From the NCBI GenBank assembly GCA_052327205.1, contig CM126217.1:71300001-71364000 (forward strand): a stretch of 64,000 bases of DNA, read 5' to 3'. Origin of the DNA: Somniosus microcephalus (Eukaryota). The translations under genes and the position numbers were made by a program. The notes under the pieces are model-generated. The model ran no database searches. It was not told the DNA's origin and saw only the letters and a list, made by a program, of their open reading frames with translations. Position 1 is the stretch's first letter; each line of letters starts with the position of its first letter. This document shows positions 37,526 through 49,021 of the stretch, in pieces.

Positions 37526-37720
37526 TCAAAAACCTATGCAATCTGGCATTATTTGACATCTTGTTCTGCAATAAGCAAATTGATGGAAAATTTCCTTTTA
37601 TACATATTTTGACAAATGCATAATATTTGGTATATCTTCAGTTACATGCCTATTGCTTTGGTTCAATGACCAACTTCTTACATGGGTGAGAAGTTGGTCA
37701 CTGAACCAAAGCAATAGGCA

Positions 37721-37940
37721 CAAAGGGTGGTAGAAATTTGGAACTCTCTACTGCAAACGGCAATTGGTGCTAGATCAATTGTTAATTTTAAATCGGAGAT
37801 TGATAGCTTTTTGTTAACCAAGGGTATTAAGGGATATGGGCCAAAGTCAGGTACATGGTGTTAGGTCGCAGATCAGCCATGATCTCATTGAATGATGGAA
37901 CAGGCTCGAAGGGCTCAATGGCCTGCTCCTGTTCCTATGG
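37721..37940 (+). mobile_element. CR1 3' end fragment
   Basis: QRVVEIWNSL frame and CR1 3' UTR. Confidence 0.85.
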
Positions 37941-38149
37941 CTAAAGTTTCCAATTTATAATACTGCGAAAGCCATACAGATATTTGCAGTTTCCCTGCCC
38001 TTGCCCACTTTTATCCTTAGCTTTATCATCACATCAGTTTTTTTCTATCTAAAGGCACACAGTTGTCACAATATCAAAATTACTTTCCTAAGCCTGTTGG
38101 CTGTGTTTAAAAAGAATGCCTGTACATGATGTAAAACAGTAAAGATTAT

Positions 38150-38860
38150 GGCCTAGAAATTCAGTGGCACCCCGTTTGGGGCGCCAGTCTCGCCAGGGCG
38201 CCGGAAGTACCGCCCCGGAAGGAGTCGCGAGCGCCCGCCGGAAATTCAGTTTCAGTGCCCCAAATGGAAGCGCGGCGCTACTCGAGGTGCCCCGCATCCC
38301 TCTTGGGGCGCTGTAACTGAAAATCACAGCGCAACGTGCCGCAGCGCCACACGCTGCGGCACGGTGCGCTGCGGTACTGCAAGCCTTCCTCCCCTTCTTA
38401 AAGGGGAGGGGCCTGCTGCAGCGTGATCGGCGATCGCAAGTGCTGGCAAAAGAGCCCGGCACCAAGGAGAAGTGCTGGGCTCTTGGGACACAGCCGGCAC
38501 AACGCGGAGGGAGGGCTCAGGAGGCCGGGGACGGCGGCGCGAAGAGGTGCTGGCAGGTGGCCAGCAAAAAAAATGGCCGCCGCGCACCTCAGCGCCTCTA
38601 CTGCCGCAGGTAGGCTCCCCTGAACCGGTCGCAAATTGCGACCAGTGTTACAGCAGGGGGCGCTACCAAATTTGGTGATCGGGGTGGTAGCGGGGTGCTG
38701 CGCACACCGATGACGTCATCGGTGGCGGCGCAGCGCTAACGGCTAGTGCCGCCATTAGCGCCCTGCTAAATTTAGCGGGAGGCGTGGCCAGTGGCGAAAA
38801 ACCCACTAAGTGCCCTCTTTGGGCGCTAACGGGTGGCGCAGCCCACTGAATTTCTAGGCC
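38150..38860. mobile_element. Harbinger-type MITE
   Basis: Perfect 18-bp TIR ggcctagaaattcagtgg; TSD TAT. Confidence 0.92.
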
Positions 38861-39559
38861 TATAAGTTTAAAATAAATGCATTTACTTTGGTGACCTTCT
38901 TGATGCCAGTGAATGTCTGCTGGACCTACTTGACTGTTCTTCTGGTTTGTGACACAGCATTTACTTCGCGTGTCACCTCACCTTTCAGTGAGCTTATGTA
39001 ACCCACTGATCCAAAGATAAGGACTTCATCCTCAAACACCTCTGTTGCCGGAGCAGACTTTTTTCTGACGAGATTCAGCCATAATGCTACCGAGTCTAAC
39101 GTCTTTGCTTCCCACTGCTGTTTTAGCCGCCACACCTGAGTTAATTCCAATTATGATAGGCACTTGACATCTCTGCTTCTCACTGATTGTTTTTCTGCCC
39201 CTAAAACAGAACAGTACAGAGAGAGTTATATGATCACAAAATGGAGGTCAGGAGAGGGATCCCGTTGCCACTAGCTGGTGCGAATTATTTTATTTAATGG
39301 CACATTGATACTGTTGTCTCCAGATGCAGAGACATTAGCCCAAGATAAGGAATAACTGGAGAAAAATACAAGATTACATTTTGCAAGATGCCATTCCTGG
39401 TGCAGAGCCTTGCTCGATGAGAGTGTAGAGTTGAGAATTAAGTGCAGAGGTCAGCATTTCCCATTCATGGTGATTCCAATTTTCCAATGATTAATTTTAA
39501 TCACCAGAAAATCAGAAGCACTACAAATTGGGCACATTGTAACTAGGAGGGGCAATTAA

Positions 39560-40210
39560 ATCTGAGGAGGCAACTTGGAAATTAAAAAATATGTTGGACA
39601 AAGTATATAAGTGAGTAGAAAAATGGCAAATTAAATTTAAGAAGGGTACATGTAAGGTACTGGACAGAAGTAAAAAAAATATGGGTGACATAAATACCCC
39701 ATGTATGGTGTGAAGTAGCTAACGATAAAGTTGAAGAAGTTTTAAGGTTTTCATAGACTCAGCACCTCCTACCATTACAAAGCAGCAACCAGCAAAGCAA
39801 AGATAAGGCTGAACCGTATAACCAACACAACAGAATACAGGTCAGAGGAAGTCATACTCAAACTGTATAGTATTCAGATCAGGCCATACCTTAAGTACTA
39901 TATCCTGTTCTGGTCACCAAGACACAAGGTAGGGATTCAAGCCCTGGAAACAGTTCAGACCTCGTGATCCCCAACATGAGTGGACTGAGGTATGAGTAAA
40001 GACTGGGTAAACTTGTGCTTTTCAGCCTCAAAATGGAGTGCTTGAGAGGTGACCCTATGCAAATATATAAAATAGTAACAGTATGAAAAAAACAGGTCTG
40101 GGAAATTACGTCAACTTCAGAGTTGGGCAAAAGCATTCAACCTAGTTAAAGTACTGATGCCAGAAAGTTCTTCACATAAAGAGGGATCAACAAATGGAAT
40201 GGACTTCTAG
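39560..40210 (+). mobile_element. Highly decayed CR1 fragment
   Basis: Remnants of WQIKF, RPYLKY..FWSP, LRGD and FFT motifs. Confidence 0.7.
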
Positions 40211-40714
40211 ATGGAACATTACTTTTTGATATTGTGACCTCTGCAGCCATTTCTACTATCTGCATTCCCATTGAATAAAGCCCTGCACTGGCAGTCTCAC
40301 AAGATTTACCATTTAAAGATACATTAGTTGAGCCTTTGAGCAGCTTAATGTCTTGACTAGTCTTTAGGACTGGAAGTGACCAAATCACACCTCAAGAAGA
40401 AAACATTTAAAGAATCTAGATATTTGCAATCTTTTTGTGGCATTAATTATCCAGACCAATGCAGATTTATTGCTGGGTTATATTTATGTGTGGGTAGTAT
40501 CTAGACTTGGTATCTGCCTTTCAATGAGTTTTTGTAAATTAGAAAATTAGACTTGCTCGTTATAAGACAGCAAGGTTTAATAAACAGAATTTTAAACAGA
40601 AGTTCAATAAAGCAGCAGAATTTTTTTCTGACCAGCACCTAACTCAGCAGATACTTTATCACCAAAGCTAGCTGAATCGAGTTTATTATACTTCAAATGT
40701 GGATTAGATTACAG

Positions 40715-40852
40715 ATGTAATAGCAAAATACTGCGGATGCTGGAAATCTGAAATAACAACAGAAAATGCTGGAAATACTCAGCAGGCCAGGCAGCATCCG
40801 TGGAGAGAGAAACAGAGTTAATGTTTCAGGTCTGGGACCCTTCATCAGAACA
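40715..40852 (-). mobile_element. Penelope terminal fragment with mutated minimal hammerhead (40817-40851)
   Basis: Matches 55660-55795; gtt-CTGATGA-agggtcccagacct-GAAACATT-aac. Confidence 0.8.
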
Positions 40853-40989
40853 GATTACAGATGGCTCGTTATGTGGCGATGAATTGAAAACAGTGTACTC
40901 TTTTGGTGACCTTGGGCCGCATTACAGTATTTGAAAATTAAATGTGGTCTTCTGAAGCACCTCTGATGTGGCGATGAATTGAAAACCTC

Positions 40990-41135
40990 ACGGTTCTTGG
41001 AAGCATGAAGCAGTTGAACAGTTCCAGTAAGTTTGCAGGTGAGACACATCACAGGCCCAAAAGGCGGATTTTTTTCAAAAGTGAAACCGGAGGCACATAG
41101 AACACCAACAGAACGGACTACATGGAAAGTTTTGA
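40990..41135 (+). promoter_or_regulatory. Candidate cytokine promoter motifs upstream of the IL-26-like ATG
   Basis: GAS TTCTTGGAA 40994-41002; GAS-like TTCCAGTAA 41022-41030; IRF-E AAAAGTGAAACC 41077-41088; GGAAAG at ~41124. Confidence 0.45.
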
Positions 41136-41454
41136 TTGTATCACCTCACAAAAAAAAGTCTGTGAACAAGGTATTTTAGAGACAGAAACACAGACAAGTT
41201 GTTAAACGGTGCACATGACTGGACTTGAGTCTGAAAGCAGAAAAGAGCAGCATTGGTATGATGCAAGTTCGAGCTTCGGGTTTCTTCACTGCGCTGCTCT
41301 TGCTCAACGTTTGCTTTTCTTACTGTGCAAAGAAAGATTCAAATAGACAAAAAACATGCTTCAAAAACACATCAGTCTCCACACTCAAACAGCTGAGCAG
41401 CATGGTTCGCACTGTGACAGCGTCAGTTCCAGTGAGTGGCTTCTTGCACATTTT

Positions 41455-41700
41455 GACTTTCTGTTGCCTAGGCCCTAAACTCTGGAACTCCCTCCCTAAA
41501 CCTCTCCGCCTCTCTTTCCTCCTTTAAGACGCTCCTTAAAACCTACCTCTTTGACCAAGCTTTTGGTCACCTGCCCTAATTTCTCCTCATGTGGCTCGGT
41601 GTCTTTTTTGTCTTATAATACTCCTGTGCAGCGCCTTGGGACGTTTTATTATGTTAACAACAACAACTTGTATTTATATAGCGCCTTTAACGTTTTATTT
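41455..41700 (+). mobile_element. L2 LINE 3' end with a short inverted tail
   Basis: ctctggaactccctccctaaacc...ctttgaccaagcttttggtca; same family as 62700-63430. Confidence 0.75.
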
Positions 41701-41871
41701 TATTTTTATATAGAGCTTTCCAATGTGTGCCCTCCCCTCTCCCTATAGCCCTGCAAAGAAAGGTGTTGACATCCCTTTGCGAGAATGGAATACAGTCAAA
41801 CCGACTTTTTAACAAAGGAAAATAGATCAGGTTAAGAGCTTTGAATGTTGACGTTCAAAGTTGTTCTCTTT

Positions 41872-42070
41872 AGAAACATATAGAATCATAGAAGATAGGA
41901 GCAGGAGTAGGCCATTCGGCCCCTCGAGCCTGTTCCGCCATTTAATAAGATCATGGCTGATCATCCAAATTCAGTACCCTGTCCCTGCTTTCTCCCCATA
42001 TCCCTTGATCCCTTTAGCCTTAAGAAATATATCTAACACCTTCTTGAATATATTTGATGAATTGGCCTCA
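41872..42070 (-). mobile_element. CR1 3' end
   Basis: Reverse complement of the family at 48020-48203. Confidence 0.9.
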
Positions 42071-42149
42071 TTTATGTAAAGATCAATTTATAAAAAGGCT
42101 TTCTTACATGCATTCTGATCTAAATTCTTTATGAAAACCGCCAATGTTA

Positions 42150-45100
42150 CGTTACAAACAGTTCCCATGGATTGGCGGGTAGCTAATGTTACCCCATTAT
42201 TCAAAAAAGGTGGTAGAGAGAAAACGGGGCATTATAGACCGGTAAGCCTGACATCGGTAGTGGGGAAAATGCTAGAGTGTAGGAATGCCTAGTCCCTATC
42301 CAAAAGACTGAGGTCCACTCAGGCGATCAAATCAACGAGGTTTAATAAAAAGTAACAGAGTTTAACAGCTAACTACAGGAGAACATCGAATATAGGTCTA
42401 GTCAGTTCGGAGGCTCCACGAGGACTGCTAGGGCGGTCCCATGGCTGACGTCATGACGTCATCACGTTTTTCCCGCCGGTGGGGGATCACGTGATGAACG
42501 GCGTGACGTCATCGCGTTTGCCCGCGCTATTAAAGTGATCGCGCTCTGTACATGTAAACAGTGAAAATAAGATACAGACTCAGGCTGCAGCCAACATATT
42601 ATTAAAGGGAATTATATACAATTGATTGGAGCCCCTTAGTGGCTCCACCACATGTGCCCCCCCAGAATTGTCCTTAATAGCAAAAGTAAAATGGCGAGAA
42701 GGCCTGACAAGCCTGTCAGATCGACTTCTGTAGCCTTGAAGTGGAAGCTGATGGATGGCGGGCGAGCTGGCGGGCAGTTGCTTTTGATCTGGCACAGCGA
42801 CTGTGGGCGGTCGGCCACGTTTCGGCAGTTGTGCGATCTCGACTGGGCGGTCAAGGTCCAAGTGAGCAAGCTTCAACCGGTCAACCGAAATGTGGTCCGG
42901 TTTACTTCCAACATCGACTGAAAAAGATTTGTCTCCCGGCTCTATCACACGGAAAGGACCAGTGTAAGGGGGTTTGAGCGGGTCCCGATGAGCGTCGCGG
43001 CGGATAAACACATAGTCGGCGTTCTTCAGCTCAGCTGGGACGTGGGAGCTTTGCAAGCCGTGATGCGACGTAGGCACTGGAGTGAAACTTCTGGCTGCCT
43101 CCTGGTGGCTGATGAGCTACTGGGACGCGGACCATGGCTTTGTTGGAGATGGAAGGAAATCCCCTGGTACGCGTAGCGGCTGGCCATACACGTGCTCCGC
43201 CGAGGACGATTGAAGATCTTCTTTAGGTGCCATACGAAGACCCAAAAGGACCCATGGAAGCCTGTCCACCCAGCCCGCGCCTTGAAGGCTGGCTCGCAGT
43301 GCGGCTTTGAGCGACCTGTGGAATTGTTCGCACAGGCCGTTCACCTGTGGATGGTAGGCAGTGGTGCGATGTAGCTTGACGCCGAGCCCCTGAGCCACAG
43401 CGTTCCAGAGCTCCGAAGAGAACTGCGGCCCACGATCGGACGAGATGTCTGCCGGTACCCCGAAGCGGGCGACCCAAGAGGAGATGAATGCCCTGGCGAT
43501 GTCTGCGGGAGTGGTGGAAGACAGAGGAACCGCCTCCGGCCATCGAGTGGTGCGGTCCACCATTGTAAGAAGATGAGTAAACCCGTGCGAAGGCGGAAGT
43601 GGCCCCACCAGGTCCACATGCACATGATCAAACCGACGTTCCGGAACGGCAAAACTGGCCAATGGAGCCTTAACATGACGCTGTACCTTGGCCTTTTGGC
43701 AGACCACGCAGGTGTTGGCCCAGTCGCGAACATCCATGTGCATGCCCTGCCACACGAATTTGGACGACATCAACCATTGCGAGGCCTTCATGCCAGGGTG
43801 CGACAACCCGTGTATGGCGTCAAAAACTTTTCAGCGCCAGGCGACCGGGATGATAGGGCGAGGATCTCCTACGGAGACGTCGCAGAGTAGCGTAGTGCCC
43901 GCGGCATGGAATTTGACGTCAGCCGCTTGGAGGCTAGAGGGGTTGGTTCTGTAAGATTGGACCTCCGGATCCGAGGCTTGACCCGCAGCCATGAGGGCAT
44001 AGTCGATGCCGAGCTGGACTGCATGAACGGTTGCGCGGGAGAGGCAATCCGACACCAGGTTGTCCTTACCGGACACATGCTGAATGTCAGTGGTGAATTC
44101 TGAGATAAACGTCAGCTGACGTTGTTGCCGAGCTGACCACGGTTCGGCGGTCTTGGCCATAGTGAACGTTAGTGGCTTATGGTCCACAAAAGCCGTGAAC
44201 GGACGTCCTTCTAGCAAGAACCGGAAATGGCGGATGGCCAGAAAAAGGCCCAGCAACTCCCGGTCAAACGTGCTGTACTTTCGTTCGTTTCGCCGCAGTT
44301 GACGGCTGAAAAACGCCAGCGGTTGCCACGTCCCATGCACCCACTGTTCCTGCACTGCGCCGATGGCGTAGTCTGACGTGTCGGTGGTAAGGGCAATGGT
44401 GGCACCTGGCAGCGGGTGTGCCAGCATGGTTGCATTGGCTAAAGCGCCTTTTGTGTCGACGAACGCCCGGTCCATTTCGACCGTCCAGCTGATCGGATCC
44501 TTGCCGGACTTGCCCTTGAGGGCCTCGTACAGGGGCTGCATGAGCCGAGCTGCATTAGGGACGAACTGGTGATAAAAATTTACCATCCCGAGGAACTCCT
44601 GCAGGGCTTTGACGGACTGCGGGCGCGGGAACGAAGTAACTGCCTCCACCTTCATTTGCAGGGGAATTGTGCCGTCTGATGTGATGCGATGGCCTAAAAA
44701 ATCAATCTGCTGCAGGCCGAACTGGCACTTGGCCGGGTTGATGAGGGTGCGCAAATGGCAGATGTGCTCTTTATTAGGGCTGGCGATGAGGATGTCGTCG
44801 AGGTAGACGAATAGAAACTTGAGGTCGCGAAGTACGGAGTCCATCAAGCGCTGGAAAGCCTGTGCAGCATTCTTCAATCCAAACGGCATCCGCAGAAATT
44901 CAAACAAGCCGAATGGGGTGATGACTGCAGTTTTCAGGACATCTTGCGGGTGTACGGGGACCTGGTGGTAGCCACGGACAAGGTCGACTTTTGAAAAAAT
45001 GGTATTTCCCGCCAAATGTGCAGAGAAATCCTGAATATGAGGGATCGGGTACCGATCAGGAGTAGTGGCATTGTTCAGGCGTTAGTAGTCGCCGCAAGGC

Positions 45101-48100
45101 CGCCATCCGCCGCCGGGTTTCGGAACAATGTGGAGAGGCGAAGACCAGGGACTATTCAACCGGCGAATAATCCCTAGCCGCTCCATCGTGTCGAACTCCG
45201 CTTTCGCAGGCGCGAGCTTGCCAGGTTCGAGGTGCCGGGCCCCTGCGTAGACCGGGGAGCCAGTAGTGGTGATGTGATGTTCGACACCATGTTTCGTGGC
45301 CGTGGAAGAGAAAGTGGGTCTGGTCAGGTCTGGGAACTCTCCGAGGAGGCGAGTGAAGTCATCCGGAGGTGGGGACATGCAGGAGACAGTGCGCGCCACG
45401 GTGTTACCGCGGTCGCACGGGATGGAGTGAAAAGTGGCCGCATTGATCAACCGGCGGTGCCGTACATCCACCAGGAGGCTGTTGGTGCACAAAAAATCCG
45501 CCCGAGGATGGCTTGAGAGACTTTGGCCGTGATGAAATCCCAGTAAAACCGCTGGCCGCCGAAGCACACCTGGACCCGCCGGCTTCTGAAGGTTCGAATG
45601 GCCCCGCCATTAGCCGCCTGGAGGGAGGGGCCGTGCCCCCCAACTTGTAGATCAAGATTGGACGCGGGTAGGATGCTACACTGCGCCCCGGTGTCGCAAA
45701 GGAAACGTCGACCAGATAGGGAATCGTTGATGAAGAGGAGTTTTCCCGAATTACCGATTGCCATCGCAGCCGCGGGGCGCTCGTTATAACCGGTCCTCCT
45801 TCGACAGGGTGGCTGCTGGGTTTTTTTGAGCGAAAAGCTGCAGGGAGTGCGGCAGCATCTTGCTTTCGCGCCAAAACGGGCATGGTAGATGCACAACCCC
45901 GCAGGTTGAGGGACTGGAGCAGCGTCTGTGGGGGATGGGCGCCTCGTGGCAGCGCAGCACTGCTGTGTCACCGCGAAGATCTTGTCTGCATCGGCAGCCA
46001 GCTCTGCGCAGTCGGTGACTTCCGACCTGGCTAGGGCAGCTTGAACTTGCTCCGGAAGCTGGCTGAGGAATAGCTCCCTGAAGAGGAAGCATTCCGGTTT
46101 GGAGCCCAGGAGCGTGAGCATTTGGCTCATGAGCTCGGATGGCTTGGAGTCCCCGAGGCCGGGCAGATTGAGCAGCCGGCGGGCGCACGCCGACTTCATG
46201 AGCCCGAAGACCTGTAACAACCGCGCCTTTATCGTATCATACTTGCGGTCCTCTGGTGGATTACCAAGCAGGCTGACGATCTGCGAGGCTGTGGCGCTGT
46301 CGAGGGCGGAGACCACGTGATAATAACGGGTCTGATCCGCAACGATGTTCCTGATGGCGAACTGGGCTTCAGCCTGGATGAACCACGCGGCTGGCTGTTG
46401 CTCCCAGAACTGTGGTAGCTTTAAAGCAAAGGCGTTCGATTCCATGTTCGGTAACTTTTGCGCAAACCGTTCGCAAAAGTCGGGGTCACCAATGTAGGAA
46501 TGTCTAGTTCCTATCCAATAGGTCCACTCAGGCAATCAAATCAACGAGGTTTAATGAAAAGTAACAGAGTTTAACAGATAACTACAGGAGAACATCGAAT
46601 ATAGGTCTAGTCAGTTCGGAGGCTCCACGAGGACTGCTAGGGCGGTCCCATGGCTGACGTCATGACGTCATCACATTTTTCCCACCGGTGGGGGATCACG
46701 TGATGAACGGCGTGACGTCATCGCGTTTGCCCGCGCTATTAAAGTGATCGCGCTCTGTACATGTAAACAGTGAAAACAAAGGTACAGACTCAGGCTGCAG
46801 CCAACATATTATTAAAGGGAATTATATACAATTGATTGGAGTCCCTTAGTGGCTCCGCCACAAGAGTCCATTATAAAAGATGTAATAGCAGAGCACTTGG
46901 AAAACAGTGACAGGATCGGACAAAGTCAACATGGATTTACAAAAGGTAAATCATGCTTGACTAATCTACTGGAATTTTTTGAGGATGTAACTGGTAGAAT
47001 AGATAAGGGAGAACCAGTGGATGTGGTGTATTTGGACTTTCAAAAGGCCCCGCATAAGAGATTAGCGTGTAAAGTTCAGGCACATGGGATTGGGGGCAAG
47101 ATACTGACTTGGATAGAGAACTGGTTGGCAGACAGGAAGCAAAGAGTTGGAATAAACGGGTCTTTTTCCGAGTGGCAGGCAGTGACTAGTGGGGTACCGC
47201 AAGGATCGGTCCTAGGACCCCAGCTATTCACAATATATATTAATGATCTAGATGAGGGAACTAGATGTAATATCTCCAAGTTTGCAGATGACACAAAGCT
47301 GGGTGGGCGTGTATGCTGTGAGGAGGATGCCGAGAAACTCCAGTATGATTTGGACAGGTTGGTGATTGGGCAGATGCATGGCAGATGCAGTATAATGTGG
47401 ATAAATGCGAGGTTATCCACTTTGGTGGCAAAAACAGGAAGGCAGATTATTATCTGAACGGCAATAGATTGGGAGAAGGGGAAGTGCAACGAGACCTGGG
47501 TGTTTTTGTGCACCAGTCGCTGAAGGTAAGCATGCAGGTGCAGCAGGTGGTTAAGAAGGCAAATGGTATGTTGGCCTTCGTAGCGAGAGGGTTCGAGTAC
47601 AGGAACAAGGATTTCTTGCTGCAGTTGTACAGGGCCTTGGTGAGACCACACCTTGAGTATTGTGTGCAGTTTTGGTCACCTTATCTGAGGAAGGATGTTC
47701 TTGCCATGGAGGGAGTGCAGCGAAGATTCACCAGACTGATACCTGGGATGGCAGGAATGACGTTTCAGGAGAGATTGGATCAATTGGGCTTATACTCGCT
47801 GGAGTTTAGAAGAATGAGAGGGGATCTCATTGAAACTTATAAAATTCTAACAGGACTAGACAAACTAGATGCAGGAAGGATGTTCCTGATGGCTGGGGAG
47901 TCCAGAATCAGGGGTCACAGTCTAAGGATAAGGGGTAAGCCATTTAGGACAGAGATGAGGAGGAATTTCTTCACCCAGAGAGTGGTGAACCTGTGGAATT
48001 CTCTACCACAGAAGGCAGTTGAGGCCAATTCATTAAATATATTCAAGAAGGAGTTAGATATATTTCTTAAGGCTAAAGGGATATGGGGAGAAAGCAGGGA

Positions 48101-48203
48101 CAGGGTACTGAGTTTGGATGATCAGCCATGATCTAATTGAATGGCGGAGTAGACTCGAGGGGCCGAATGGCCTACTCCTGCTCCTATCTTCTATGTTTCT
48201 ATG
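42150..48203 (+). mobile_element. CR1 LINE split by a Gypsy insertion (42150-42277, 46867-48203)
   Basis: The reading frame GKMLE|SIIKD continues across the AGAG TSD; ORFs 46849-47457 and 47385-48131. Confidence 0.93.
42278..46862 (-). mobile_element. Full-length Ty3/Gypsy LTR retrotransposon, CsRn1-clade-like
   Basis: LTRs 42278-42652 and 46493-46862; TSD AGAG; PBS TGGTGACCCCGAC (tRNA-Trp, 46479-46491); gag from ATG 46445 with LPQFW and CIYHARFGAKARCCRTPC (CHCC); DTGA, YLDD, RNase H, IN with GPF; several stops and frameshifts. Confidence 0.93.
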
Positions 48204-49021
48204 ATCCCCCCCACCTCGGAACCCTACATAAGCTGCATTATAAACCTGGTGCTGCATTCTACCTGAAGAATGTTTCCCCAAAGTCCACAGAACCTAAGTC
48301 TTAGGGCTCACAACAGCGTCAGTTCTCTTGCCCCTCTCCACACCCACCTGAAAATAATGTGCAAGTAACTGAACAGCAAATAAACCGCAGCACCAGGCAG
48401 ATTCCGGGTCACTCCCGGACTGATATCGATCACAATCTACAGATTACTCGACAGCTTTTTTTATATATATATCGAGAACCAGCTCTTATCGCATACAGGA
48501 AGTGATAGGGATCACACATCGGAAAGAGTATTGTTTGTGTACTACCGGGTCTGCGTGGAATACAAGCCTTTCATGTGTGTAAGATAAAGTACAATAAGAT
48601 CAAATCAGATTGGTGAAAGGAGAGAGAACCTGGGCATTGGTATGAACCCGTTACAACACGCCTGCGCCTTTAAAACTGGCTGTTGTTCTATCAGCGGTGA
48701 CTTTGCGAGGGCTCCACCACAGAGTGAAAGTTAACACTGCAGCATCTTTCCCCGGTGAAAGGCCGATATATATTTTAAAATATATGATAAAAGCTGGTTC
48801 CAAGTGTGTAGGTAGTAGTAGCAACTGGTGATCTGGTTCTCAGTTGCGTAAACTCATTTAAATTGATAGCTAACTTATTCGAAAACTGTGCAAGAGGCCC
48901 AGAGGCTGGCTTGCATTGTAAAACACGACGGTCATTACGGAATTACCGATGGAGTTAACTGTGAAGCAATATCGATCACATCATTAAAGGTGTGATTTAC
49001 ATCTGAAACAGTGTTACTTAC

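Larger units (their letters stand above)
35534..39200 (-). pseudogene. Decayed intron-containing Myb/SANT-like partner gene of the Harbinger element
   Basis: Exon 38887-39200 reads EVTREVNAVSQTRRTVK*VQQTFTGIKKVTK|gtaaat; second exon starts at the acceptor at 36254; convergent with the transposase. Confidence 0.6.

Noticed and set aside
41712-41870. Candidate IL-26 exon 3 (LQRKVLTSL...VQSC)
   Set aside because: Its 5' part is a CR1 tail fragment; it has an internal stop and no donor; 48657-48807 fits better.
48890-48990. Candidate IL-26 exon 4
   Set aside because: Weak splice sites and no clear motif in any frame.
49017-49021. Gypsy TSD CTTAC equals a minus-strand GTAAG donor
   Set aside because: No minus-strand host exon found; likely chance.
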